Assembly (NCBI RefSeq): GCF_009914755.1
Contig: NC_060929.1
Reading direction: 5' to 3' (one strand)
DNA: 64,000 bases
Source of the DNA: the human T2T-CHM13v2.0 reference genome, Homo sapiens
The position numbers and the translations under genes were made by a program. Below, in pieces: positions 1 through 16,989 of the stretch. The notes under the pieces were generated by a model that was not told where the DNA came from, made no database searches, and saw only the letters and a list, made by a program, of their open reading frames with translations. Numbering within the stretch: position 1 is the first letter of the stretch; the number at the start of each line of letters is the position of its first letter.

Positions 1-342
1 AGAATAAACTCTTCAAGTAAATTTCAGCAACCCGATTGGTCATTAAAGACTCCAAAAAATAAACAACAAAGAGCGAGACAGGGAGAGTTGCACTGCTGGC
101 CCAGACCATTTATAAATACAAGAATTTGAAGCAGAGGTTTGAAAATGCTTATGGTATATTTCTCTCCTCTCCTTCAGTTTTCCTGTTAGCCCTCTTGGCT
201 TCAGAGGTTTTTACTTGCTGATTCTCAAGGTTGGACTACATTTAATTGGTTTTGTTTCTTGAAACATTCACTCAATTTTGATTAGCAAATTTGCTTCTTT
301 TCTTTTTTTCTCCAAATATGATCAAAAAGAAACTAAAACCCA

Positions 343-640
343 GGCTGGGTGTGGTGGCTCATACCTCTAATCCCAGCACTTAGGGAGATTGAAACAGGAT
401 AACTTGAGCCCAGGAGTTTGAGATCAGCCTAGGCAACATAGTGAGACACCATCTCTAGAAAAATAAAAAAATTAGCTGGGTGTGGTGGCCATACCTGTGG
501 TCCCAGCTACTGGAGAGGCTGAGGAGAAAGGATCACTTGAACCCAAAAGGTCGAGGCTGCAGTGAGCCATCCATGATTGTGCCACTGCATCCCAGACTGG
601 GTGACAGAGACCCAGTCTCAAAAAAATAAAAATAAAAAAG
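343..640 (+). mobile_element. Alu SINE (AluJ-like)
   Basis: ggctgggtgtggtggctc start, two monomers, A-rich tail grading into (aag)n; J-type 'ggatcacttgaacccaaaaggtcgaggctgcagtgagc'. Confidence 0.95.
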
Positions 641-974
641 AAGAAGAAGGAGAAGAAGGAAGAACCTGGTCCCAAGGATGGAAGAAATTTCCACTTGAAA
701 ATATTTAAGATTTATTTATAATGCATCTTATGTAATACTACATTAGAGAAATAACTAATTCCATAGATTGTCCAAAATGAAAACTGACTCAGTGCTAAAT
801 ATCTATAAGGAACTTGGTAAATAGATGTTAAGTAATTTATATTCATCAGTATGATAATAATAACATGCATTTACAAGGAACTTTGCTATTTTCAAAACAC
901 TTTCACACATGTCATTTTAAATAACTCTAAAAATTCCATGGAGGACTAAGCGGGGACTTTGTGAACATACATAT

Positions 975-1180
975 GAAGTTTATATCCTGGCTTTGCCACT
1001 TAGCTGCATGACTTCAGGCAGCTTACTGAAATAATCTGAGCCTCAGCTTTCTCAGCTGTAAACTGTGAATGACAATTGTTCCTTCCTTGCAGAGTTGATG
1101 AGACTTAAAGATAATATGTGCCAAAGACATAGCAAGAACCTGACCCATGGCAGGCATTTGGAAATGGGAATTATTGCTAT
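975..1180 (+). mobile_element. MIR SINE remnant
   Basis: MIR core-like 'cctggctttgccacttagctgcatgact...ctgagcctcagctttctcagctgtaaa'. Confidence 0.7.
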
Positions 1181-1300
1181 GATTATAAGGCAGGACTGAT
1201 ATAATTAACTCCTCTAACAGCTGAGGCAACTGAGGCTGAAATAGATTAAATCATTCAACCAGTCACTACAGCCACTATGATACCAGAGCTACAGGTTTTC

Positions 1301-2926
<1,626 letters not shown>

Positions 2927-3567
2927 GCTACAGGTTTTCAATCTGACAAAGGAGAGAGTTTTCTGTGCTGATCCAGAACTGAAAGTATGAAGGTAGAATT
3001 ATTGCCAAAACAGCAGTGTCAATCTCTAAATCTCTAAAATAGTTGATCCATGCTTTTGGAGGGAGCTTATCCCTTCAAAGCAGTAATAAAAGTGTTTTAG
3101 GGATCTCTTGTAGCCTCTAGCACATGACAGGCAGAACTTTTCTATCTGTATTTTTTTCAGTTCTAGATTTAATATCAGTTCTATAACATAGTTGATATGT
3201 CTTATTTTCTTAGAATTTCTTTATAATAAGTTACTATATTCAGCATTATAGACAATAATTTTAGACCTGCCTCCTAAGGTTAGGAAATTTTTAGAACCTT
3301 ACAACAAGGGCAAAATTCACTTATGCTCTCAGCAGCAAGCCTAACTGAGCTTTTGTGAAATCACTGAACTAAGCTACTGAAGTTGAGTATCACTCAAACG
3401 TCCATATCTTTTTGATGATGTGGATTGACTATCTGGAGTAAAGATAGCCATACTAGTATCAATATTAACCATCACGAATAAAAATGGAAGAGAAAGAAAG
3501 TGAGGGAATCCACGATACTCCTTTCCCTAATAACTCAGCAGAAAACAAGACAAAACATAAACAGGGC

Positions 3568-3636
3568 AGAATACCCTATAGACAGAATACTCTGTCTATA
3601 GAATATCCTAGAGTATTCTGTCTATAGGATATTCTA
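3568..3636. repeat. Nested inverted repeat (26-bp arms plus internal palindromes)
   Basis: agaataccctatagacagaatactct (3568-3593) pairs 25/26 with agagtattctgtctataggatattct (3610-3635). Confidence 0.9.
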
Positions 3637-6534
3637 CTCACTACAAGAACACCAACATTGTCAATATTTATTTGATACTCTGCTATGTGTGCTGTTTAGC
3701 CAACAACTGTTCCAAGTTATTAGTAAGTTCTCCCTCAATTTCTTTATTCTTGGCTATTATTTTCTTTGTCTTGCTTTGGTCCTCTTGCTTTTTCATGTCT
3801 ACATTCCTTTGGTATTCCTTGCATTTATATTTACTCCTCCCTTTATCCCTCTGTCCTTTATTATATGAAAGTGCTTTTAGAGGAATCAAGAATCTATGGA
3901 AACGTAAGGTTGTTGTATCTTTATTACTGGTATGTTTATTATTCATGTCAAGGCATTATTAAATGCCTTTTACACGCTCACTATTGTATCTACAACTTGT
4001 TTCTCCTGCTTTTGTCTTATCTGGTCTTCTACGGGTTTATCAGAATATAGCACATAAATATTAACAATGGAAGCAGAGTTGAAGATCATTCTGTTAACTT
4101 TTTTTAAAATCTGGAAGTATCCAGTGAGCCAGGCAACATTTGTTAAACACCATCTGCAAACACAATCAGGGTATCAAAATTACAGAGGAAATTCCAAAGA
4201 TATGAAAGATGTGTTTCTTGACCTTTGTAAGCTTCAAACCCAGTCAGAATGACAAGTCACATGATAAGCAACTGAAGGGGACAGCTGTAAGATATACAGA
4301 TAACTAGAGTTCAAACCGAGAACCAAATTTGAGTCAGCCAGGTAGAGTTGATCATGTAACTATTTCCTGAAAGTGAATTTTAAAAAGAAAAGAAAGATGA
4401 TAAGTCAAAGGGAATAAGGGCTTCCTATCCGACCCATCAATGTTATTAAATCCATTTCAAAGCCTTCTGCAGTCTCCTGGGGACTATGCAATTCTCTGAT
4501 GACTTTCCCATTTATGTTTTGAATGTATTATCAAAAGCTCCCTTGGAACTTAAGAAAGCTCTAATATGTCTTTATGCATTTTTTTTTTGCTTCCATGATC
4601 TTGCATATAGCTTTTGTATAACTACAGCCTGCTTCTCTAGTTCTTTTAAGGTTTTTTTTTTTAGGTCTTTTTAGGTATATATTTTTAGCATGACATGTGA
4701 AAGGCAACATTTTTTTAAAAGCAGTTCTGTAACATCTGCTGTTTGAGGTAGGTGGTATAGTACAAGCAGCTCTTGAGACTTTATTTCATCCCTCTCCAGT
4801 GCACTGTATTGTCCCTCAGGCAGTTTCATTCTCTCTACAAAAAAAGATCAGGTAACAAAACAGCCTCTGCTACACTAAAATGGGGAAACTAAAGCAAAAC
4901 CATCTAAGTGCAGTCGGAACTGCAGCAAGCTCCAGGTTGAAGTTGATTGACTTCAGTAAGCTCCAAGCTTAGGTTGTAATCATTTCCACCATCTTTTCAA
5001 CAGTCTGCATCTTCTTTTTAAAATGTATTTGACATTAAAATTGACGTAATGGCTTTTACTTGAAAATTAAAATTTATTATGGTTAGAAAAATGGGGATAT
5101 TCTTTTAAATGAGAAGCCAGATTCCCAATCCCAGAAGAGTTTCTGTCTGTTTAATTGATTTCTTCATGCCACGTGGGGTTTAAAGCCGGGTTGCAAATGG
5201 GAGAGCTCCCCTAAACCTATCCTCCCCCAACAAAAGCATAAAATGCCTCATCTGTCTGCATGTAGGTGACATTCATTTTGTTCCAAAATAAAGGATACAA
5301 TGTCAAAATCAAATATCTAAATAGAATGAACATAAATCTTACATTTGCTCAAAGGTGTGCTTGATTGATTATTCCTGAAAGCTAGCATTTCTTGTGAAGG
5401 GGGCTTTGGATAACTCCCTAGAGGGAGAAAAAGAGAGGAAACACTGTAAGACTATACAGACAGAATAGAAAAGGTTGACTTTTTCACAATATTTCCAAAG
5501 GTCAATGAAGGCAAGGGGCACTGTTAGGACATAAGCATTACTCACTATTCTCCATGCTCGTCAGGGCTCTCTCCTTGCCATTTTGGCACATTTAGGAATC
5601 TTGTACAATTTGCATGTTTGTTTCCAATCAGGCAAATTTAATAAAGTCCCATTTTCACCATATCTCTTTGAGTTTTAAACATATAATATTGGGATAAAGC
5701 CTTTGTCTTGCTGGTTATCCTTTTCTCTACCCAGCTCTGTCTTCTGGATGAAGAAGGAAGAGCTCTCAAACCCAGAAAGCATATCAACGTACGTTCTTCT
5801 CCACTGTGAAACACTGAGCTGAGCACTCTATAATACAGCCACGGGACTTGCACACTGCAAGACAGTGTTATTTGCCTGGTTCTTTTCATCATAGGTTTGA
5901 TTTAGCAGGCAAATTTACAAGGCTCAGTGCTGACGGATATACCCTGAGGCCACTTCGAAGCCAGACCTTAGGTTTATGGAAATAAAATAAGCATAGTACT
6001 TCAATTACAAATACCTACTTTACATTCTAATGTACACTTAAAAATGTTCATCCTATAAATCCTGGCCTTGATTTCTGACTCAGTTAGAGGGTCTCCTGAT
6101 TTGGTCCTTGGCTTCTCCCTTAGGGTGCCATTTTAATTCAGTCTGCATTCATACATATATAAATCGAGATCCACCATCTTATCTAATACATGTATCTCTT
6201 TGCCAGTTGGCAGGCTTTTGGAGAGATTAAAAGTTATGCTGCCTGTCTCTAGCCCAGTCAGGAAGCAGCTGAAAAGCCCACACAGCCAACACAATTTGCA
6301 TCTTCTTCATCAAAGCTTTCAAAGTACAGATGCCAGCCTGTTGGTACCAGGGTGGATTAGAACATTCCTCTCCTCTGCATACTGTCTGAGATCCAGATGG
6401 CAAGCTCTGAAAGGTGGCTATACAGAGACAGGCAAACAGGCAGTCAGCATCATTGCAGTGTCTACTTGCGTAGGGCATATAGGAAAGGACACAGTTCCTG
6501 TTCTGGAAGAACTGGAACATGTATTCACTCACAA

Positions 6535-6650
6535 GTGCACACCAACTTGCACATGTATGCACCAACATGCACACAAACATGAATGCATACATGCACACGT
6601 GAATACACTCATTCTCATGCATACCCTATGTATGCACATATACACATGTG
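6535..6650. repeat. Degenerate (CA/ATGCAC)-type low-complexity tract
   Basis: Alternating purine-pyrimidine run such as gcacatgtatgcac...atgcatacatgcacacgtg. Confidence 0.7.
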
Positions 6651-7179
6651 TTCCTGATATAATGGGAAAATACTTTGGGAAATCCCAAAAAGAATACATA
6701 CTTTTTAATTAATGCAAAAGCACTACTGAGGCTCTGAGGTTTGGAACAGACTATTCCATGAATGCTTCCTCTACCTTACAAAATTAAAAACCAGGATAAA
6801 GAAACAAAGGGAACAGTGGTAAATATTTGAAAAACTGAATAGCAAAAATTATATTCTGAGCAGAGGAGAAAAAAGGCTAATGCTGTCAAAGAAAAGCAGA
6901 CAGAATTTAGTATTTTTTTTTAATCAGAGAAAGAACAAAAAGGAATGGAAAGCAAGAGAGGCCAGAGTTGCAAAGGAGGCTGAGTATGAAGGTTTAAGAT
7001 GAAATGATACTGTGGGAAGAGAAGGGCTTGTAATTGAATTAACGTGAAATAACTGAGATTGCATTTTAACTTTCAGCCAAAATGAATGATGAGACATTTT
7101 AAAATGTAGAAACTAAGAAACAAGGATAGGACTTCCCGTAAGTAAATCATAGTTCAACTGGGACAAAATATGGTTGCAA

Positions 7180-7985
<806 letters not shown>

Positions 7986-8074
7986 AGATTGATAGGGATA
8001 CAAAATACAATGTCAAGACACCACCCCAAATAGAATTTAGTATTTGTGGTGCACAGTTAACCTCAGAATAAGCA

Positions 8075-8226
8075 CAGAAGTTCTTAGACTTTTTGGAATC
8101 ATGAACTCCTTTGAGAATCACATGAAAATTTATGAGCTTCCTTCTATAAAAATATTCATATACAGCAAAACAGACCCCTTGGAGCTCATCCTGGAACAAC
8201 CTCAGACTGACTTATAAACATCTGAC
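8075..8226. mobile_element. hAT-Charlie non-autonomous remnant (MER103-like)
   Basis: 'cagaagttcttagactttttggaatcatgaactcctttgagaatc...' resembles recalled MER103 consensus. Confidence 0.5.
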
Positions 8227-8896
8227 CTAAGTGGAATTTCTGGAACATGAGCTCATTTTAAGCCGGGACTCCAATAACTAGTTCGAGCGCATAGAGCCTG
8301 TATGGTTTAGTGGGAAAGGATTCAGTTTCAGCCATGAGGCTTGGTTTTCAGTTCTAGCTCTACATCTAAACATGCTCAGGTCCTTGTCACATACTGGGCC
8401 TGTAGGATCCCTTCCATCTATAAATCCCCGAAGCTCTAAGATAATGTCAACCTTCACTAGCATGTTGTAGACACCTACTCTATGGACAATATGTGGTTAT
8501 TTTGTGAACCTACGTTGGGTTCCTTGTTGTTCAGGACCAGCCAAAACCTTCTTTGACTCTAGTCGATACCTGTTCCAGGAATACAAATTAATGTCAATAC
8601 TGTTGATTACACACATCTCCTGTCTTCCATGATCAATTGAGAATTCCTTGGGAGCAAAAACTGTGTCTAGGTCAACTTTACCTAACTTACTCAACACATT
8701 TGCCAGTAAACACCAGTAAACATCTGCTAAAATAAACCAGAACAAAAGAGGATTTTATTTAGAGTTTTGTTTGAAACAGAAGAGAATAGAGCAACTTCCC
8801 AAGTCAAATAAAAGGAGTTCCATTTCACTTGGGTTGACTATAATTCTACAAAATGTCTAAACATGCATATCCATTGACCAACAAAAATGTTTACAG

Positions 8897-9820
<924 letters not shown>

Positions 9821-10799
9821 ATACATTGATTTTCTCTCCATTCAACTATTATTAGATCATTTCTCGCACCTGAGTTCCCCCTCCAATGCTAAGACTCCTA
9901 GGATTTTTTCTCTCATTTCATCTTTCTTTCCCTTCATCCACCTTTGACTTCACCTCCTGCTTCTTGGCTACACTTCTGGCCTTGCATGCCCACAGCTTCT
10001 GCATTTTTCTCTCCCAGTTGTACCTGACCTTTTCTTGCAGTCTTCTTTCATACTCTGTCCTGCTCCACCCCTTTCTTTTTTTTGTACTCAGTCTCCTAGA
10101 AGGCTACACTCTTTGGAGATATTTCTTTTAAAATTAGGTTATATTTATTAACATTTGTGATGAATACTTGGCCCAGTGAGCCTCCCTGGTCCAAGACAGG
10201 ACCTTTGGGTATGGAGGACGATGAAAGGGAATTAATCGGGTCAGGGCTGGTGCCAGTGGGACCAGTATAAGGGCTGAGGAACCAACCCATAGGTGAAGCA
10301 GGAAGAAGAGAAACATCACAGCTAGTTCCAGCACAACAGATCCCATCAGAAGTCAAACTCTGAGGAGAGATAAGGAGAGGCCAGGCCTTGAGCTAAGGGG
10401 AAGACAACGTATAGGGAAGGTCCAGACAATAAATGGCTCTGCAGGAGACCAGGGAATCAAAAAAGAGTGGAGTAAGAGAGCCCTAAGCAGCAGCTGCTGG
10501 GAGAACAGTGAGACATTCTCTGGCTTCCTACATGCAATAATTCTCAGCAGCCCATCAGAGAAAGAGAACACAGAAAGGAAGAACCACTTCCAGCTGAAAG
10601 ACAGGGCAGGCAGCCCACAGAGACAGCATTCTGCAAAAGTTTCTCTGTCCTTGGTTTCCATCTCAAGGTTTCTTTCTATACCTAGTCTCCCTACCTTAGA
10701 ACACTACAACGCCCACCTCTTGCTTTTAACACTCGAATTCATCCTCTACATCTAGGGAGACTATAGATAAGATGGTGTTTCTCTTATATCTTAAAGAAT

Positions 10800-11205
10800 G
10801 AGTACAATTTTGAGAGGCAAGAAATGGCTAAAAAAACATGTCTAGCTAAAATAACAGCTGGGAAGGACACGGTACTAATGGAGATTTGCAATTAGTCCTA
10901 TGGCCGGAGTATAGGCTGCAGGAAAGGAAACAGGAGGTGATACAGCTGGAAGGGCAAGAGTACGGAGGGCCTTACATCTTAATGAGGCTGAAGTGTTTTC
11001 CACAGACAACAGCTGTCTATGAATGTGTGAATGATGATGGCATGATTTTGTTTTAGAAAGATAATTTCTGGAAAAAGTATAAAGGATGGATTGGAGAGAC
11101 AATAAATGGGAGTTAAGTGGTAAGGCAGCTACTGTGAAAACCCAGACAAGTGATACTGTGTGGGTTCCAGCACTGACAGCAGAGATGGGGAGAGGCAGAC
11201 ACCTG
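10800..11205 (-). mobile_element. L2 LINE remnant
   Basis: 'atgattttgttttagaaagataatttctgg...ggatggattggag...aggcagctactg' is typical antisense L2. Confidence 0.65.
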
Positions 11206-11270
11206 TGATGGAGGCACAATTATCCTTGGTAACAGCTTTCACATGCTTGAAATTCCTCCTGCCGTGGTAG

Positions 11271-11584
11271 TTTTTTTGTTTTGTTTTGTTTTGTTTTGTT
11301 TCTTTGAGACAGTCTTGCACTGTCGCCCAGGCTGGAGTGGAGTGCAGTGGCGAGTTCTTACTGCAACCTCCACCTCCCTGATCCAAGCAATTCTCCTGCC
11401 TCAACCTCCCAAGTAGCTGGGATTATAGGTGCTTGCCACCATGCCGAGATAATTTTTGTATTTTCAGTAGAGACGATGCTTTGCTATGTTGACCACACTG
11501 GTCTCGAACTCCTGACCTCAAGTGATCCTCCCACCTTGGCCTCCCAAAGTGAGGGATTACAGGCATAAGCCACCATGCCCAGCC
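11271..11584 (-). mobile_element. Alu SINE
   Basis: (ttttg)n tail, full antisense Alu, degenerate TSD ctgccgtggt / ctgccatggt. Confidence 0.95.
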
Positions 11585-11832
11585 CTGCCATGGTGTTTTA
11601 AACACTGCTAAGCTTGTTGTTAGAGACTCAATAAATGCTTGTTAAATTAAGAATACAGAATTTATTATAAGCTGTTGACTCCCATGTTCACTAAATATAC
11701 CTATCTTGGTAAACTCTAAAGAATAAAGTAAGTTACTTTAATTTATTTTATAAGAATAATTCTCCTACTGGAATATTATTTGCCAATACATTATTCTATG
11801 AACAAACTTAGGCAATAACATACTATAGAAAT

Positions 11833-11833
<1 letters not shown>

Positions 11834-11865
<32 letters not shown>

Positions 11866-12090
11866 GCTGCCATATATGAATATGATACTAACTCATTTCC
11901 CACTTCGTTTATTCTTAAAACAGCATTGTAAGGTAGAAATTATGGACCCTGTGTTACAGATAAGGAAACTAATGCTTAGAAAGTTGGAGTTGTTTTTCCA
12001 AGGATACACAACTAGTAAGGAACAGAGCTACTATTCCAGCCCAGGTTTGTCTTAATCTAAAATCCATATTCATAATTGTCACATTATATT
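11834..12090 (-). mobile_element. (AAT)n microsatellite followed by MIR remnant
   Basis: (aat)n at about 11835-11863; 'ttacagataaggaaactaatgcttagaaagtt...caaggatacacaactagtaag' is antisense MIR core. Confidence 0.75.
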
Positions 12091-12899
12091 GTAGTGCATT
12101 TTAGTACAGAAAAAATATTTTAAAATATCAAATTTTTAAATATCAAAATTTTAAAATATTTTAAAAGTAAAAGCACTAAGTTCATATTTCAAGCACTCTA
12201 TTAATGCTAAAAGAATTTAATATTGTATCCAAAATATTTTTTAGGTGAAAATATAAGTCGTAAGTCAAATGCACACGTATAGACCCAATATGCTCAGTAG
12301 GAAGGTGTCACATTTAGTTGTTTTGCTGAAAACTGATACCCAAAACTGAGAATATTCAATGAAACACAGCTAATCAACATCTATGTAAAAATAAAAGTGT
12401 AAATTATCTGGAAAACACATACAAGGCAGGATCTCTTGAATGACTTCACAAATGAGAAAGATATAAAATAATATGACATGAGATTCTTAGAGAATGAACT
12501 ACTCCAAGTCAGTGGAAATCAAGTTCAAGCAAAATATATGCATATATGCTTTTTGCATTATTTTTAACATACTTTTACATACTTCTTTTAACTTAGGTTT
12601 ATGTACATTTTATGCTCCCTCTCTCTCTCTTCAAGAGTTAGAAAAATACTTCCTAGAATTGTTTTGATAGTCCTGGACCAACCCTTAGTCTATATGTAAA
12701 ACAAAGGTCTCTATTTTGAATCATCAAATACTTGATTCCTTTGATCATCTGCATTCAATCTGCAGATGTAAAAATACTTTATACTAAATATCTATAAACT
12801 TTAAATCCCATTAAAAAAAGAAGTATGGGTTTGTGGATACATTTTTATTCATCCTTTGAGTTAAATATTTCTACCTACCTACCTAGGGAAGTTTTAGAA

Positions 12900-15800
12900 G
12901 ACTTTGGATGGCAATGGAAGCAGAAAACAATGAAACATCTTCAAATGCCTAAGGAAAAGGAAATTCAACCTAGAATTCTATACCAAGTGAAAATGTATTT
13001 CAGAAACAAAGCTAAAATAAAGACATTTTCAGAAAAATAAAAGCTGAGAGATTCCTCAGCAGCTTTCACGTACTCAAGGAAGCACTGCAGGTACTCTTCA
13101 GGCAGACAGAAATGATCGCAGCTGGGAAACTGAGATACAGAAAAAACGAGGAGTCAAAAAGGGGGCTAACTATGTGGGTATATCTAAATAGATATTGACT
13201 GTCTTTGATAATAATGTCCTGAGGGGGTTAATATTGATGCCAAATGAAAACACATAAACAGAAGTGTATAAGTTGGGAGTGGTGGAAGTCAACAGAGCAG
13301 GAAAAGTGGAAAATAATAATAAATTTTCTAAACCTCAAGACAAAGAAAGTAAAAAAGATTTTAAAAAAGGGGAAACAAAAGATGAGACAAATGGAGAGCA
13401 AATAATAATGATAGATTTAAACAAAACACAAATATAATAATTACATAAATCACAAACATTAAGATTTTATTCAAAAGACGAAATTTGCCAGGCTGTATTA
13501 AACAAAGCTATATGTTTCTTACAAGAGACATTTCTTAAATATATAAGATTGAAGGTGAAAAGAATAGAAAGAGGTCGCTATGCAGGCACTACCCCAGAAT
13601 AAAGCTGAAGTAGCCATGTTCACACCATACAAAGTAGATTTTAAGACAAAACATTAATAGATAAAGAGGAGGAAATACATGGCTGAATTTACTAGGAAGA
13701 TATAATAATTTTAAAAGTATATGCTCCTAATAACAGAGGCTTAAATTATTTAAAGCAAAAATGAACAGAATTACAAAAACTGATAATCCCACAAATCATA
13801 AGACATTTTAACACACCTCTTGTAACAGACTAATAAGTGGGAAAATAGTCACCAGTTATAGAGAAAATGGGAACAACATGATTTTAAAACTTCAACATAT
13901 ATAGAACACAGCCCTAGTAATGGCAGAATTCAAATTCTCTTAAAGTGACCAAAGTGGAATTAAACTAGATATCAATAACAAAAAGACAACTGGAAAATCC
14001 CCATATATTTAGAAATTAGGTAATATATTTATAAAGAACATGTAGCTCAAAGAAGAAATCAAAACAGATATTGGAAAACATTTTGAACTGAATAAAAGTG
14101 AAAATCCTACAGTAGAAAATTTGTGCCATATAGCTAAATCCAGCCTTTGAGGGAGATGTATAGTCTTAAATGTAAATATTAAGTGAGAATAAAGCCTAAA
14201 AATCAATTATCTTAACATATATTTCAATAAATTATATAATTATAATTATATAAGAACAGCAAATTAAGTCCAAAGAAAAAGAAGAAATGAAATGATAATA
14301 TAAGAATAGAAATCAATGAAAATTTTAAAAACATACAATAAAGAATATCAATAAAAAGCCAACAGATGGTTCTTTGAAATGACTAATAAAACTGATAAGC
14401 CCCTAGTGAGACTGACTGATAAAGGAGGAAATAACAAAAGGTACAAATATCCAATATCTGAAATGAAAAAGGGACATTAACTGAAGATCCTTCAGATATA
14501 TTAAAATTATATTCTGAGTAACCTTAAGCAAATAAACTTGTTTATATGAAATGGACGATTCACTGTTGAATTCTGCCAAACAGATAAGGAAGAATTAACA
14601 GTAATCTTACATAAACTCTACAGAGAAGAGAAAAACAGGAACCACTCCCAACTTGTATTATGAAGTCAGCATATCCTTTACACCAAAACCCAACAAAGTT
14701 ATTAAAAGAAAAGAAAAGTCAAGCCAGAACTCTCTTACATGTGACAGTGCAAAATCTTAAATGTTAACCACCTGAATCCAGTAATGAAACACAGTGTAAC
14801 TAAATTCAGTTTAGTTACTACAAGGTTGGAGACTAATACAGTTGGTTTAACATTCAAAATATCAATTTAATATAGTTAACCAGATTAACAGAATGAGGGA
14901 GAAATTTCTATTATATCAACAGATTCAGAAATGCCATTTGATAAAATTTAACGTCTAACAAGAAAACTCTTAGCAAACTAGAAACAGAAGAAAACTCTTT
15001 AAATGTAATAAAAGGTGTTTACAAAAAAAATTGTTAACACCACAAAAAAAATAACTCAATATTGAAATGCTACAAGCTTTTCTTCTGAAATCAGGAATGA
15101 GAAAAAAATGCTTACCATCAACATTTCTATTTGACACTGGAAATCTCAGCCAAAGCAATAAAGCAAGGGGGGGAAAACAAGAAAAGGCATAGGATTGAAA
15201 AAGAATAAGCAAAATAAAAATATTCTTAGACAATGTGATTGTGTTATTGAAAAGAATCTATAGCTGAAGTGTTTCCATTAACCACAAAGTTTAGCAAGTT
15301 TGCTGGATAGAAAAATCAACTGTATTTCTGATACTTGCAACAGGGTAAAAATTACAAAACAATAAAATTTGCAACAGCATCAAAAATATCAAATACATAC
15401 AAATACATCTAACAAAAGATGTATATGATCACTGCAGTGAACCATTTTTCTTTGTGTCAGTACCACACTTAAGTATTGTACTTTATAGTAAGTATTGATA
15501 TCAGATAGTTTTAAGTTTTTCCTCCGTGTTCTTTTACTTTAGGGCTATATTGCCTCTTCTTGGCTACTTGCATTTCCATATAAATTTTGGAATAAGATTG
15601 TGAGTCTCCATTATAAAATAAAGACTGTTGACCCTTTTATTGAAATATCATTGATTTTATGGGAGAACTGATGTCATTATAATAAATAGTCTTTCTATCC
15701 ATGCATAATTTAGTCCCCCCATTAATTTACATCTTTACTGTCTTTCAAAAATGGTTTCTAAATTTCTAATACATGGTGTTATAAGTTATTAGAGTGGTTT

Positions 15801-15900
15801 CTTTTGGACAATCGAAAAAGAATAGTTATTAGGAAAGAGCATAAGGTAAAGGAGAGATTATATGTTTTAAGATAAGGTGTTAGTTCTTGATCTGAGCTTT
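12900..15900 (+). mobile_element. Old L1M LINE (ORF1 end, ORF2, 3' UTR piece) with internal inverted segment 15440-15756
   Basis: 'caacctagaattctataccaagtgaaaatg' (ORF1 end), endonuclease and RT-like decayed sequence; 15450-15746 reads as L1 ORF2 on the minus strand. Confidence 0.85.
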
Positions 15901-16065
15901 CTTTCCTTTTCTTTTTCTTTCTTTTTTTTTTTTTTTTCTGTCAGGATGAGAAGAGGCAGTGCCTCAAAATAAAACTGAGATGGCCACAACCCATTATGTA
16001 TGATACGGATGATATGTGGATAGTGCGTAAGAACTCAAGAGGCACCCACTGGATGTTCCTCTAGA

Positions 16066-16310
16066 TCAGGGTTTTTCAAACTGTAGGTTATGTGTTTACT
16101 GGGTTACAAACCAGACTCATTTTCAATAAAAAAGAAGAGAATACAAATCATGAAAGTACATTGTGTGCAATAGGTTGAACATTGTTTCATGACACTTTTG
16201 CTTAAGCTATGCCTACATACATACATATAAATAAATGTACATCTGTATAGACTGTGATGTGAAATCTATCTCTTATTGATTACAGCCAAAATATTTGAAA
16301 AACTATGCTC
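16066..16310. mobile_element. hAT-Charlie remnant (MER112-like)
   Basis: cagggtttttcaaactgtaggt...tttgaaaaacta TIR-like ends; internal 'attgtttcatgacacttttg'. Confidence 0.6.
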
Positions 16311-16989
16311 TAAGTGTCTATAAATTCTAAGTGTCATCATGTTATAACACCTAGTACCTACCACTGCCAGGTATTTCGCAGCTATACCATTTCACTTGTG
16401 CTCAGATTAAGCCTGTTTTGTGAATATTAAGTTTGCGATGGAATAGAAATGAACAAAAGTTAATGGTGAAAGATTCATAATCAATATATCAATGTAATAA
16501 GAAACTGTAGGTTATGAGTGAGTTAACTTGAGAAAAATATGAGAACAACAATGTAATGAAGGTTACCAGGGCTCAGTGTCTTTGAAAGAGGATGTTTGAG
16601 AACTACTGGGCTTTAGCTCAGGAAGGGCATTAGAGGCAACATACATTCGCTTTCTGAAGGAGGCAGCAGGAGCTGCAGAGGCAGTGAGTGAATGATAAAG
16701 GACAGCTGTCTGGAGGACACCTGTCTCTGTCTGGCTCTCCATCCCTACCCTCAAGAACCACCTTAGCAATTTGCTCTCCCATCTCTCTGGTTCAGGACCA
16801 CCCTTTCCCATATGATGTCTCTAGCCATCCTTAACTGGAATTTAGGCAAAAGACAGTAGGGTATTGAGAGGTGAGGAGAGCCACTTTACCCTGAGCTATG
16901 CCACTCAGAAGAAACCCTGTAGGTCAAAAACCTCCATATGTCACAACAATATGTAAAAGATTCAAATTATAGCAAAAATGATACCAACA

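Noticed and set aside
3672-4050. Overlapping ORFs including a Lys/Glu-rich 87-aa minus-strand ORF
   Set aside because: No recognisable protein; composition reflects a purine/pyrimidine-skewed tract with MIR/L2-like ends; no clear splice signals.
6200-6712. 170-aa and 131-aa ORFs with His/Cys/Met-rich parts
   Set aside because: Produced by a (CA/ATGCAC)-type low-complexity tract lacking stops.
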